Of a DNA stretch of 64,000 nt, positions 1-12,717 are shown piece after piece; within the stretch, counting starts at the first letter, position 1; each line of letters opens with the position of its first letter. The position numbers and the translations under genes are program-made. The DNA lies in NCBI RefSeq assembly GCF_009914755.1, contig NC_060937.1; one strand, written 5' to 3'. The notes under the pieces were generated by a model, which saw nothing but the letters and a program-made list of their open reading frames with translations, did no database searches and had not been told where the DNA came from. The stretch comes from the human T2T-CHM13v2.0 reference genome, Homo sapiens.

Positions 1-1381
1 TTTTTCTTTCTGTGGTCTTATTTCCTGAGTGGGATTGTAGAATGAGCGGAGCCACTTTACTTATCTGGGTGGTGCCAGCTGATCCACCAGAATGTAGGGT
101 ATTAAAAAAATCTCAAACACCTATCTTAGATTTTACAATAGTAATATTATCCGTAGGAGTGATTGGAAAGGTTAGAAATCTTGTGGCCTCTGGATGCATG
201 ACTCCTGAGCCATAGTTTCTAATCTTGTGGCCAATTTGTTAGTTTTACAAAATCAGTCTGGTCCCCAGGAGGAGGTTTGTTTTGGGAAGGGGCTATTATC
301 ATTTTCATTTCATAGTTAAACTATAAACTAAATTCCTCCTGTTGTTACCTGGGCCTGTGCAAAGTAATGAACAAAGGCAGCTTGGAGGTTAAAAGCAAGA
401 TGGGGTCGGTTACATCAAGTTTCTTTCACTGTCATAATTTTCCTATGTGAACCAAAAGTAAAATTCTAAGTAAGCCCCACAACTGACCAAATGAACCTTC
501 TTCTTAGCCAAGGGGATTCAAAGGAACCTGAAAAACTAGTTCAGGCCATGACAGGGAAGGGGTGGGGGGTTGGACATGCCTCATTACACTCTCCTCCCGT
601 TGGAGTTTAGGCACAAACTGACCAGCATTAACATTAAAACAAAGATCTTAAGACTTATAAAACAGACTCTTTGTAGCAATATGATACCAAATTCCAACCT
701 AACTCTGGTTTAACATCACATGACGGATAACAGGCCCTGAAAGAAATAAAAGTATTTTACCCCAAAATATATTTATTTGAAATATTTTGAAATGGCTCTG
801 CAAAGCTATCTCTTGTGGGAGAAATTTACATTGTGTATAGAAATCCCTTACTCTTTCTAGGACTTTTTCTGATCCTCAAGAGATTAGATGAGGACATAGC
901 ACCTTTTAAAGGTCTGAAACATTTGTGATCTGTTGCCTGTAAAGGCCACCTGTGAGGCTTCATCTACATAACAAGAACCTTGGTCTCCACAACCACCTAT
1001 CTTAACACAGATACTACTTTCTATTGATTCCAGATCTCTAGATAATAATGTAACTCTTTCATCCAATTTCCAATCAGAAAATCTTTGAATCTACTTATGA
1101 CCTGGAAGCCCTCGCTTCAAAAAGTTCTGTCTTTCCATACTGAACTAATGTACCCCACATGCATTGATGGATGTCTTATGTCTCCCTAAAATGTATAAAA
1201 TCGAGCTGTAACCCAACCACCTTGGACACATGTTTCTCAAGACCTCCTAGGGCTGTGTCATGGGTCATAATCTTTAACTTAGGCAAATTAAACTTCTAAA
1301 TAGATTGAGACCTGTCTCAGATACTTCTTAATTTCCATCTATGTCAGATTTTTCTCACTGTCATAATTTTTGCCAGTTTCA
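1..1381 (-). mobile_element. LTR8-family ERV1 LTR (pieces 1-445 and 1338-1381), interrupted by a MER4-type LTR
   Basis: Reverse complement begins TGAAAC...AAAATTATGACAGTGA and continues ...CCATCTTGCTTTTAACCTCCAAGCTG, as in the recalled LTR8 consensus. It runs off the window start. Confidence 0.8.
446..1337 (+). mobile_element. MER4D/E-like solo LTR (ERV1)
   Basis: TG...CA ends; start TGTGAACCAAAAGTAAAATTCTAAG; end GAGACCTGTCTCAGATAC; 4-bp TSD ccta/tcta. Confidence 0.85.
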
Positions 1382-3335
1382 GAGTCTCTAGAATGAACTG
1401 CCTCTGCTAATAACTAGAATTTTTCTCAGTCAAACTGATTTTTGACTTCTAACTGCCAGAATGGTAAAATAATAAATTCATGATTTTTAAAGCCACTAAG
1501 CTTGTGTTAATTTGCATAGCAGCAAAAATAAGCTAATACAGATTTGACATCAGAAGTAGGGTTTTGTTGTAACAAATATCTAAAATATACAGGTGGCTTT
1601 AGAATTGGGTGATGAGTAAAAGACTTTAAGAATTTCAAGAAGCATCATAGCAAAAGCCTGGTATGGTTTTCTCAGACTACTGGTGAAAATATGAATATCA
1701 AATACCTCCAGTGAGGGCTCAAAAGTAAGTGACGAATATGGGAATAAAAACTTATATATCATTTTAGAAAGAAACATCATTATCAAAAACAGTCTGCTGG
1801 TAGAGATGTGGATATTAAGGGTGCTGCTAGTGAGTTCCCAGGGGGCAGTGAGGAGCATGGTAGAGAAACCTGTTTTTCATATAGAGTACTTACATTATCA
1901 TAAATAGACTCCTAGAAGTATGTTGTTAAAGACGCTGTTGATGTGGACTGAGAAGGAAATGAGGAACATGTTCTGGGAAATGTGAGGAAAGTGGATTGTT
2001 GTTATACCATGTCAGAAAGCCCAGCTGATATTTGTCCTATAGTTGTTTGGAAAGCATAACTTGTGAGAGATGGACTTATATATTTAGCTGAGGAGATTTC
2101 CCAGCACAGTGCTGAAGGTGAGACCTGATTTTATCTTACTGTTTATAGTTAAATGCAAGTATAGAGAGAGAAGTTGGGAGAAGAACTGTTAAAAAAAAAA
2201 AAAAAAAAAAAAAGGTATCCTGAACCTGCTTTTAGAGACAGCCTATCCAGATTGCAAAAGAACTAAAATTAGGAGACTCACTGTCAGGGAAGAGTGTAGA
2301 AAGCCAAGAGTTTGCCTGAACAAACTTTCTCTAGGATCTCAGAAGAAACAAAAGGTCACATTTTGCAGTCACATGGGAGACTCTTGGAAGAGATTACGTG
2401 TGTGGTTTATGGATCCATTCAGGCATCTCAGGAGAAAAAATATATATATAGACATGGGCTATTTAGGAAAGACCTGTGCAGAAGCCCCTTTTCTAACAGA
2501 ATGAACCCCCAGGCATACATGAGAGATTCACAAGATACTTGAAAATGTAATACCAGTCACCAGTCAAGATGCTGCCAGCTTGGACCAAAAGGGACAGAGA
2601 AAGGGCTAATGATAGAAGGCTGTCAGACTCCCAAAATTCTACTGGCAGAAAAATAGACCATGAAAATTACACAGCTGCCAACATGTGCTACCTTTCATGT
2701 AAAATAAATAATGAATCATAGCCTGGAGCCTAGGGCTCAGAATGCAGAGAAGAGAACCCAGAAGGGTGGAGCCAAAGGCCACAGGTGACTGTTCCCTGGC
2801 CTTAAAGGCTAACAGAACATGTCCAGTTGAATTTTGAATTTGCTTGAAAATGGTCACTTATTTTTTCTTTCATTTTCTTCTTTCTGAAAAAAAAATCTAT
2901 AGCAGTATTCCATGCCTATCACAGCATGACATTGAAGGTGCATATATCTTGTTTTCTAGTTTGTTAAGTGTACACGTGGCAAGGAATTTTGACTAGTATG
3001 GATCACACACAGATTCTCATCCATGCCAATCTAGATAATGAGATTTGGGGACTTTTTAGCTGATGGAATTTATATGAGTTTCTGAAATTGAGTTGATGCT
3101 GTAATGAGTTGAGATTTGGGGGTCTTTGGAGAGAAGATATTTTGCATATGAGATAGATGTTAGTATTTCAGAAACAAAGAATACCCATGGTTAAATAAAA
3201 AATGCCCCTAAAGGTACACACAGCTGATCTCTGTAAGCAGTGAACATGTTACTTTTACATGGCAAAAGGGACTTGCAGGTATGATTAAGTTAAGGGTCTT
3301 AATATGGAGAGATTATCCTATGTCATATGGCCCAA
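1382..3335 (+). mobile_element. MLT1 (MLT1C/D-like) MaLR element: 3' part of 5' LTR (1382-1540), internal region, start of 3' LTR (about 3187-3335)
   Basis: LTR end ...AAGCCACTAAG...CTAATACA at 1540, then MaLR-int-like sequence. LTR-start motif TGAACATGTTACTTTTACATGGCAAAAGGGACTTGCAG...GATTAAGTTAAGG near 3240. Confidence 0.75.
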
Positions 3336-4003
3336 CTTTACAAAAGCAATGATGAATTAATACATGTACCAATTTTTTCTCACAAAGTCAATCATGATCA
3401 ACAAGAAAAATTATTGAGTGTTTGCCAAACATGTCGATTACCAGAAACTTTCTCAATATTTTTAACTTTCTTATTAAATTGTTAACATTATATTATTTAA
3501 ATTGCAATTGGAGATGGATATCATCATCCTCACATATAAAAAGCAAGACAGGAAGGAACTTCTAATTTCTATAGGTCTAGTCTAGAGATCTAGGGAGAGT
3601 CTAGGGAGGTTGTTATATTTATATAAATAACTGAGATCTTACAGTTATTAAAAGGAGAACAAGAATAATTAAGGCTGAAGACCGGTTTTAGAAAATATAA
3701 ATATTAATTTTAAAATGGAAGATATAAATGAATTAACCCAAGTGACTGAGTTATTGAAGCAGCTAGTAGAAGGGAAAAAATAGTGTTTTTAAAGATATCA
3801 AGGAAGGAGAAAAATTTGAAAAAGGGGCCGTGAAAACTAACAAAGATACAGCTTACAACTGTTTAAAACTTGACAAATAAAAATTGCTAGTCAAAGGTTG
3901 GACAAATTGTCTCCAACCCTTAATAGTGAGGGCTTGTAGTCAGATCAAATAGGACGGGCAGGGAGACAAGGGGGGATAAGAGGATGCCAAAAAAGACAGT
4001 GCT

Positions 4004-4373
4004 GGAGGGAGGGAGGGAGGGAGGGAGGGAGGGAGGGAGGGAAGGAAGGAAGGAAGGAAGGAAGGAAGGAAGGAAGGAAGGAAGGAAAAGAGGGAGGGAG
4101 GGAGGGAGGGAAGGAAGGAAGGAAGGAAGGAAGGAAGGAAGGAAGGAAAAGAGGGAGGGAGGGAGGGAAGGAAGGAAGGAAGGAAGGAAGGAAGGAAGGA
4201 AAAGAGGGAGGGAGGGAGGGAAGGAAGGAAGGAAGGAAGGAAGGAAGGAAGGAAGGAAGGAAAAGAGGGAGGGAGGGAGGGAGGGAAGGAAGGAAGGAAG
4301 GAAAAGAGGGAGGGAGGGAGGAAGAGAGGGAAGGAGGGAAGGAGGGAGGGAAGGAAAGGAAGGGAAAAAAAAG
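4004..4373 (+). repeat. (GGAA)n/(GGGA)n compound microsatellite, 370-nt pure polypurine tract
   Basis: No pyrimidine from 4004 to 4373; 12 consecutive GGAA at 4040-4087. Confidence 0.98.
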
Positions 4374-5201
4374 TTACTAATCAAAATTTTCAACAGAAAT
4401 TTATAAACTTGCCATCAAACACCAAACAATGATGGAAAAGGATTTAGGTTAGTTTGCATGTGTAAATTAAGGAAAAGCCTCAGATATTATCTCCTCCATC
4501 TACTAAGTTATATATGTTCAAAGCAGTATCTTTGTATAATAAAATCCAGAAAAAAAAGACTTAATCTTAAAAACAAAGCGCAAAGTAAAACATAAAAAGC
4601 GTATTGGCCTCCTTTGCCTGAATTGCTCTTTTGTATTGCTTATTTTCTGACTCACATAGGATTGATTGTTGATCTCTTTCTAGGGGAGGAAAAGAAAGAG
4701 GAATAGTGTAACATTATAATTATGTTATATTTCACAGCTTTTGCTTAAAATATCTTGAGTTTTACAAAGTTTTATTAATTTCACAAAATGTATTAAGCAG
4801 CTACTAAGAATAAAGAACAGGTAAGATAAAATACAATGGTGACCCTTCAGAAAGCTCTCTGTCCAGTTAAAATAGATATTAATTGTGTAGGTTCATCACA
4901 TAAATATAAAGTACCATTTTGATAAATAGTTTGCAGTGAAGTAAACATCTAAGTTACTATGAGACCATTTGATAAATAGTTCCTTTTCTCTTTTTCTCAT
5001 TAGCATAGCTGCAAGTCAGCAGGTAGGGAAAGCAAAGCACTTTCAAATGCATCTAATTTTCGTATATGGTTTTTTGTTGTTCTAGAAGAGTATGGTGTTA
5101 CTTTCATTAAAACATATTTACAATATTTTGTCAGGAATAAATCTTTGATTTTCATTTCCCTTCTGGCTTACTCATAGTATATATGTGATATTTCATCATA
5201 T

Positions 5202-5330
5202 AAATATTCTATTTTCTCCTGAATTCTGGAAGAAAATATTCTATTTTCTCCTGAATTCTGGAAGAAAATATTCTATTTTCTCCTGAATTCTAGAAGAAAG
5301 TATTCTATTTTCTCCTGAATTTCTAGAAGG
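5202..5330. repeat. 32-bp minisatellite x4 (AAATATTCTATTTTCTCCTGAATTCTGGAAGA)
   Basis: Units start at 5202, 5234, 5266 and 5298. Confidence 0.95.
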
Positions 5331-5425
5331 AAACACATATTTACTTTTATAATAAAATATAATGGGAAATAAACTCAACATACAGACAATATAGACATCC
5401 TTTAACCACTTAAAACTTAGCTTAG

Positions 5426-5791
<366 letters not shown>

Positions 5792-5798
5792 TAAGGTT

Positions 5799-5830
<32 letters not shown>

Positions 5831-6838
5831 TTACTGTTATAAAACCATAATAGCTATGATAGTTAAAAGTGATTACCACTTGCCAAACACTGTTCTTTAC
5901 TTTATTAATTAATAAAGTAATAAGGCAGAGTTCTTTTCTTAAAAAAATTATACTAGACTTCAAACCCAGATATTCTGAAATACACTCACTATTTCTTGTT
6001 TGAGAATCACTACTCTTAAGCATTAAAATAATCCCTTAAAATCTGAAATTAAGCATATCTGATAATCTTATTTTATTATTGAATGTTCTTAAAGAAGCTG
6101 CATTGAATAATGACTCTTTCTTATTCAAGAGGGCAAGACTTTATAAATGATGACTTTTTAAATGAAATAATAATCTAAAGCAGTCTCTCTTTAAGCAAAT
6201 GTAGCTATCTTTAGAAATTCTTTTGGCTACCTCTTTTACAAAGTAATAAAATGAAAATAATCCTGTTTATACTAAAAAATGAATAATTATTTTCTTCTTA
6301 CTGATACATGTGAATCACTGTAGCATCAATTTCTAAGGTAAACACAGATAAAAAAACTAAAAATTATAGCCATTAGGTTATAGATAAATCGAAAATGTTT
6401 TATTCACATTCAATCATTTAACAAATATGAAATACATGTAATATGCCAACCATGATGTTAGTGGAGATGATGGATTAGGCAAGTTTCCTTTCTTAAAGAG
6501 CTCATGATGTAAAAGAATGGAGATTAGGAGAAAACACATTGCTATTTCAAGTGCTACTATGGTATCTGGTATCTTTTGGAGGTATTGACTAATAGCAGAA
6601 GGAACCACTATCATCCAGGTAAAATAAAGGTAATTGAGATTTGAGGCTAATTTAAAAATATGATAGAAAGTGTCCCAAGTGTTCCACATCATGTTCAATA
6701 TAAATTCCTCATCATGAACTCTACTAGTTTTAGTTTATCCTAAAAAATAAATTTATTGAAGCCATGGACTTTAAAATTCTAGCAGATCTTTAGTTGTGGC
6801 ATTCAATAAAATTAAATAAGCTTTAAAAACTAAAGTTC

Positions 6839-7012
6839 TCCAGTTTCGTCTATGTTGTTGCATATGACATAATTTCCTTCTCTTTTAAGGCTGAATACAA
6901 TTCATACCTTGGCTATTGTGAATAATGCTGCAATAAACATGGGACTGTAGATATCTCTTTGACAAGCTGATTTCAAATCCTTTTGGATATATAGTCAGAA
7001 GTGGGATTGCTG
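6839..7012 (-). mobile_element. L1MA-like fragment (inverted 5' segment)
   Basis: TTGGCTATTGTGAATAATGCTGCAATAAACATGGGA and AGTGGGATTGCTG are antisense L1 ORF2-end motifs. Confidence 0.85.
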
Positions 7013-7015
7013 TTG

Positions 7016-7821
<806 letters not shown>

Positions 7822-8344
7822 CTATTCTTCTCAGTGTCTTATTTTCAGAGATTCTGATTTTATAAACGAGTCTTTCAAAGTGGGAAACTGAGTGGGATTG
7901 AGCGAAATTCATGTCGTAATAGTTTAGAAGTGGTGGACACAGAGGAGCGACAATCTTAAAGCATGTTCATAAGTAAAATTTTGTCTGATAAGTGAGCTGT
8001 TTGAGCAGAAGACATGTTACCCAGATGTGCAAACTGTTTCTCAAATAAATGGGTTTGCAGAAATTTTCAGAAGCAATGAGTAAAATTATTTATTGATTTA
8101 TGGTTTTATCATGTTGGGCAGAAATTTCTTGGAAATAAAAAATTAACTTATGTTGACACAACTGACCAAAGTTCTCAATCTTCACTGTTAAGCTATGTGC
8201 ATTCAGATGTCCTCAGTTCCTAACCCTTGGATGTGTTATATTTTTAGTTGAGATTTTTAATTACTGCACAAATATTAGTATTATCAATGGGCTTGTGTTC
8301 TCTTAATGATTTTTCTTAGTAATATAGTATATCTGAAGAGGCGT

Positions 8345-8978
8345 TGTTGTCTATGGCAGTAAATACCCGAGGTCTGTTATCTCTTGCCAAGGGAATCAAG
8401 GACAAGGACACACAGGTGGTGAGCTTTAGAAAAGAAGTGTAATAGGCAAAAGAATGAGAAAAGAGAATAGCTCTCCCTCATGCAGACAGAGGGCCGCCCA
8501 AGCGGGTCTTTTGGTCCCTTGGTGAAGTGAACCGGGTTTTATAGAATGGCTTGAGGAGGCAGTGTCTGATTTACATTGGGCCCAAAAATTGGTTGGATCA
8601 AGTGTGACTTTACATAGCACATGCAAAGAAGCTTGGCCACCCAACCCTAATCTTTTATTATGCAAATGAATTTTCTCCCTGGCCAGCACCATGTTGTCAG
8701 CTCCTTACTGTACACGTGGTTGGCAAAGAAAACGGAAGATGGAGCCGCCATGTTGAACGTGCCTAGCCCTGAGGTAGCCTTTTCCTATTGGCACAGCTGG
8801 CTGGCATTCACTCGTGCAAGCTTCCAGCTTGCTTCTATGTCTGCAGCTCAATTTTATAGGCTGCTTTTTGTTAGAAAAAAAATGATTTGGGGCTGCTTTT
8901 TATTAAAATAGAAACCTTACCAAGGACTTCCTTATCCTCACTATCTGCCTAAACAATTTCTTTTTAACTCCTATATCA
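8345..8978 (-). mobile_element. ERV1 solo LTR, LTR9/MER61-like
   Basis: Reverse complement starts TGATATAGGAGTTAAAAAGAAATTGTTTAGGCAGATAGTGAGG; about 630 bp; contains an octamer and a YY1-like GCCGCCATG. Confidence 0.75.
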
Positions 8979-9314
8979 TATTGACTACATACATTTAACT
9001 ATAGTATTACATTTAAACGTTTATGATACTGTGCCCAATAGCTTGATGTGTTAATTTACAAGGAGTTTGTGATTTCCCATGTCTTCACATCGTCACTATA
9101 TCTCAGAGGTTTAAAATGTTGTGTTTCTATGATTGCAATAATTTTTCTTGTTTGTTGGCCTTTTGTAGTTCCTTCCTGGGAATTTATTTTTGATAGTATG
9201 TAAATGTTTTTCCTCATCAGAGTGGTTTTCTTTTAATTATTCTTGTCACTGGCACTTTACATTTTTCCTAGTCTGTTGTTTTTTATACTTACACAGTATT
9301 CATATAAGTTTTAC

Positions 9315-9652
9315 TTTTTTTTATTTTAGAGGTTGGGTTTCACTTTTGTCACTGGGCTTGGGTGCAGTGGCACAGTCATAGCACACAGTAACCTCGAACT
9401 CTTGAGCTCAAGTGATCTTCCCCACTCGGCCTCCCCAGGAGCTAGGACTACAGGTGTGCATGCCACCATGCTTAGTGAATTTATATATATATATATGTAT
9501 AGTGTGTTTTTTTTTTTTGTTTTGTTTTGTTTTTTGTAGAGACAGGGTATTGCTATGTTACCCAGGCTGGTCTCAAACTCCTGGCCTCAAGCAGTCTCCC
9601 CTCCTTGGCCTCCCATAGCACTGAGATTCCAGGTTTGCCACCACGCCCAGAC
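9315..9652 (-). mobile_element. Alu (AluJ-like) with (TA)n in the linker
   Basis: Diverged Alu dimer with J-type features. Confidence 0.9.
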
Positions 9653-9721
9653 AAATGTTACTTTTGATATAATAAAATGTGTCCGTTTTTGGTTACTCAT
9701 CTTTGATTTAAAAAACAGTTA

Positions 9722-10043
9722 TTTTATTTTTCTTTTCTTTTCTTTTCTTTTCTTTTTTTTTTAGACAACGTGTTGCTCTGTTGCCCAGGCTACAGTGCAG
9801 TGGCTCGAGCTCGGCTCACTGCAACCTCCGCCTCCCGGGTTCAAGCGATTCTACTGCCCCAACCTCCTGAGTAGCTGGGATTACAGGCATGCACCACTGC
9901 ACTCGGCCAATTTTTGTGTTATTAGTAGAGATGGGGTTTCACCATGTTGGCCAGGCTGGTCTCGAACTCCTGTCCTCAGGTGACCCACCTGCCTCGGCCT
10001 CCCAAAGAGCTGTGATTACAGGCATCAGCCACCAGTCCCGGCC
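9722..10043 (-). mobile_element. Alu (AluS)
   Basis: Full antisense Alu with (TTTTC)n tail. Confidence 0.96.
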
Positions 10044-10307
10044 AAAAGAAATTATTTTCTATCTTAGTATCATTTATTTGTCCATTTTAAATTGTCTTCT
10101 TCAAGTGTTAAAATATTTACCATATTTATACTTCTTACTCCTTTACTGTTCTTTTTAAAAGTTAAAGATATGATTTCAATATTTATTTTAATAAATGTTC
10201 CTAAAGTTATGTATTTCTCTTGAAATACTGCTTACTTTCATCTTACAAATTTTGAAGTGAATTACTTTAATGTGTAGTTTAGTTTAAAATCTCAAAATTG
10301 CATTTGT

Positions 10308-10733
10308 AAAATAAGCCAGGCACAGGAAAACAAATTATCACATGTTCTCACTCATCTGTAAAAGCTATAAAAGTTGATCTCATGGAATTAGGGAGTAGAA
10401 AAGTAGGGAAGGGTAGGGAGGAAGGGATAGCCAGATATTTGTTACTGAATATAAAATTCCAACTATAATTCACATAAAATAGGAGAAATAAGTTCTAGTT
10501 TCTATATCATTGTAGGGTGCCTATAATTAACAACGATTTATTGTATATTTTCAAACAACTAAAACAGAGAATTTTGAATATTTTCAAAAAAGAAATGATA
10601 AGTGTTCGAGGTGATGGATATTCTAATTACCCTGATTTGATTATTACACATTGTATATTCAGGTATCAAAATATCGCACTGTAACCCATACGTTTGTGCA
10701 GTTAGTGTGCATTAATAAAAATAATACAAGTAA
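10308..10733 (+). mobile_element. 5'-truncated L1MA 3' UTR
   Basis: AAATAAGCCAGGCACAG...CATGTTCTCACTC; perfect 14-bp TSD AAAATTGCATTTGT at 10294-10307 and 10734-10747. Confidence 0.92.
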
Positions 10734-11829
10734 AAAATTGCATTTGTGACATTTTCTTTAACTTTTGATACACTAAAGAGAGAATGTGTGTATGTATTTA
10801 GTTTTCACAGCCGTCATTGTTCTATTATTTTTGTTGTTGTGATATTTTTCTGTTTCTTATCTTTATACTGTTGATAGTTTTTAACTCGGTAGCCCTGTGG
10901 TCTCACACACATACATACATACACATTCATACACACAAATCTAAATTTATTTCAGATTATATTACATGCAATATAAGTAAAATATATAGATAATATATAG
11001 GTACTATATTAAATAATATATGTTTTTAAATATATAAATTTAAATTTATTTAGTACTTTTTACTCATTCCCACTTTCTAAGAAAATAACCTCATCAAGGT
11101 CTATGTTGTCAGTAAACTATATTGTCTCCTCTTACTCTTTCTATATGGCCAGTGTTTTCATTCTAACTCTTTTTTAAGGTAGCGACATAGTTAATTATTT
11201 TTTTCCTGTCAATGAATAGCTAATCTTATTTTTCAGTATATTTTATCAGTGCCTCTGTACAATTTCACTTATTTTATCTACCTATATCTAGATATAGTTT
11301 TCTTTTTCTGACATCATTATTTTAGGACTTTCTACAAGTTTTGTGAAAGGCAATTTTTTTAGTTTGTTGTTTCTTTTGTATTCAGATAATATAACTATTT
11401 CGCCCTCATTCTTGAATGATTTTTCATCGGAGTATAGAAACTCCTCCAGCAATGTAACTGTTAGAGGATCTGAAATATTCTGTTCAATGAAGTAGCATTC
11501 TGTCTACACTCTTGATATTATGCCATACATGTAGAAACAAACTTCTCAGTCTTCATCTTTCAAAGTATTTAAATATTACTTCTGTCAACCAATCTCTGAG
11601 AGTTTTATTTGAAATTCTAATAGTCATATGTTTAAGTCACTCAATGTATATCCTTTAAAGTCATACTTTAACTCTTACTCTGCTGATTTATTGGTGTTTT
11701 ATAGGTATTGTCTTAAAATTTCTTTTTCACATTGTATGTAACATAGAAATTATCCTACCTAATGCATTGCATTTTTTGTTGTTGTTGTTTCTATATCATA
11801 AATATATTTGGGTTTTTATCATTGAATAA

Positions 11830-12428
11830 TGATAGCAATAGGAAGGAGACAAATTCCTAGGCACACAGGGAAGAGTCCCCGGTGAAACTTGACCTTCAAG
11901 CCAAGAACAGTCTGAAGCCTGAACACCAAACTACGAGCTCCAGATAGAGTCCATGGACTGGAGTGAGAACTTCCATTCCTGTTTGCAGCCCCTGATTGGT
12001 CCCAGGCCAAGCCTTCACATCAGCCCCTAATTGGTCCTGGGCCAAGCCTTCACTTCAGCCCCTAATTGGTCCTGGGCCTTCACTTCAGCCCCTGATTGAT
12101 TCTTCGTACTATCATACCTCTTTCTGAATGATATTTTTTCAATCCTACCCATAAACCCATTGGCATGCATTTCCCCATTCTAATTCCATAAAAACCCTGG
12201 ACTCAGCCTCTCAGCTGGCAACCCACTTTCAGGTGCCCTCTCGCTGCTGATAGCTTTCCTTCTGTCACTCAGTAAAATTCTACTCTACCTTACTCACTCT
12301 CTGGTGTCAGTGTATCTCATTCTTCTTTGTTGTGAGGCAAGAACTGGGAACTCACAAAACTGCAGGAGTGAAAGGGCTGTAACACTCCCTCCTGCTCACT
12401 GAACTACAGGAGTGAAGAAGCTGCAGCA
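11830..12428 (+). mobile_element. MER50-like ERV1 solo LTR
   Basis: TG...CA ends; TSD ataa/atag; start TGATAGCAATAGGAAGGAGACAAATTCCTAGGCA; internal 35-bp tandem repeats containing ATTGG. Confidence 0.75.
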
Positions 12429-12434
12429 ATAGTT

Positions 12435-12469
12435 CACACACACACACACACACACACATACACACACAC
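12435..12469. repeat. (CA)n
   Basis: Direct reading. Confidence 0.95.
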
Positions 12470-12553
12470 GTAGTCTTATGTGCCTATATTTTCTTGCATG
12501 TTTTTGAGAATAAATATATACTCTATTTTGTTGTACTTCTTAGTATCATTTTT

Positions 12554-12607
12554 CTTAATAAGCCTGGCCACTTGATTTCATGAAATAAAGTGGCCAGTCT
12601 TATCAAG
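12554..12607. repeat. 54-bp spacer-less imperfect palindrome
   Basis: 24 of 27 positions pair around the centre at 12580/12581. Confidence 0.9.
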
Positions 12608-12674
12608 TAAATTTTTTTATTTTTATTTAAAAATATTATTTTTAAATTGGCCACTTTAAGAAAGTGGCATCCAT

Positions 12675-12676
<2 letters not shown>

Positions 12677-12717
<41 letters not shown>
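12677..12717. repeat. (TATC)n
   Basis: Direct reading. Confidence 0.95.

Noticed and set aside
3920-4406. 157-aa and 140-aa ORFs
   Set aside because: Translations of the GGAA/GGGA microsatellite.
5202-5330. CRISPR-like 32-bp repeats
   Set aside because: No spacers, no cas genes, primate DNA; a plain tandem repeat.
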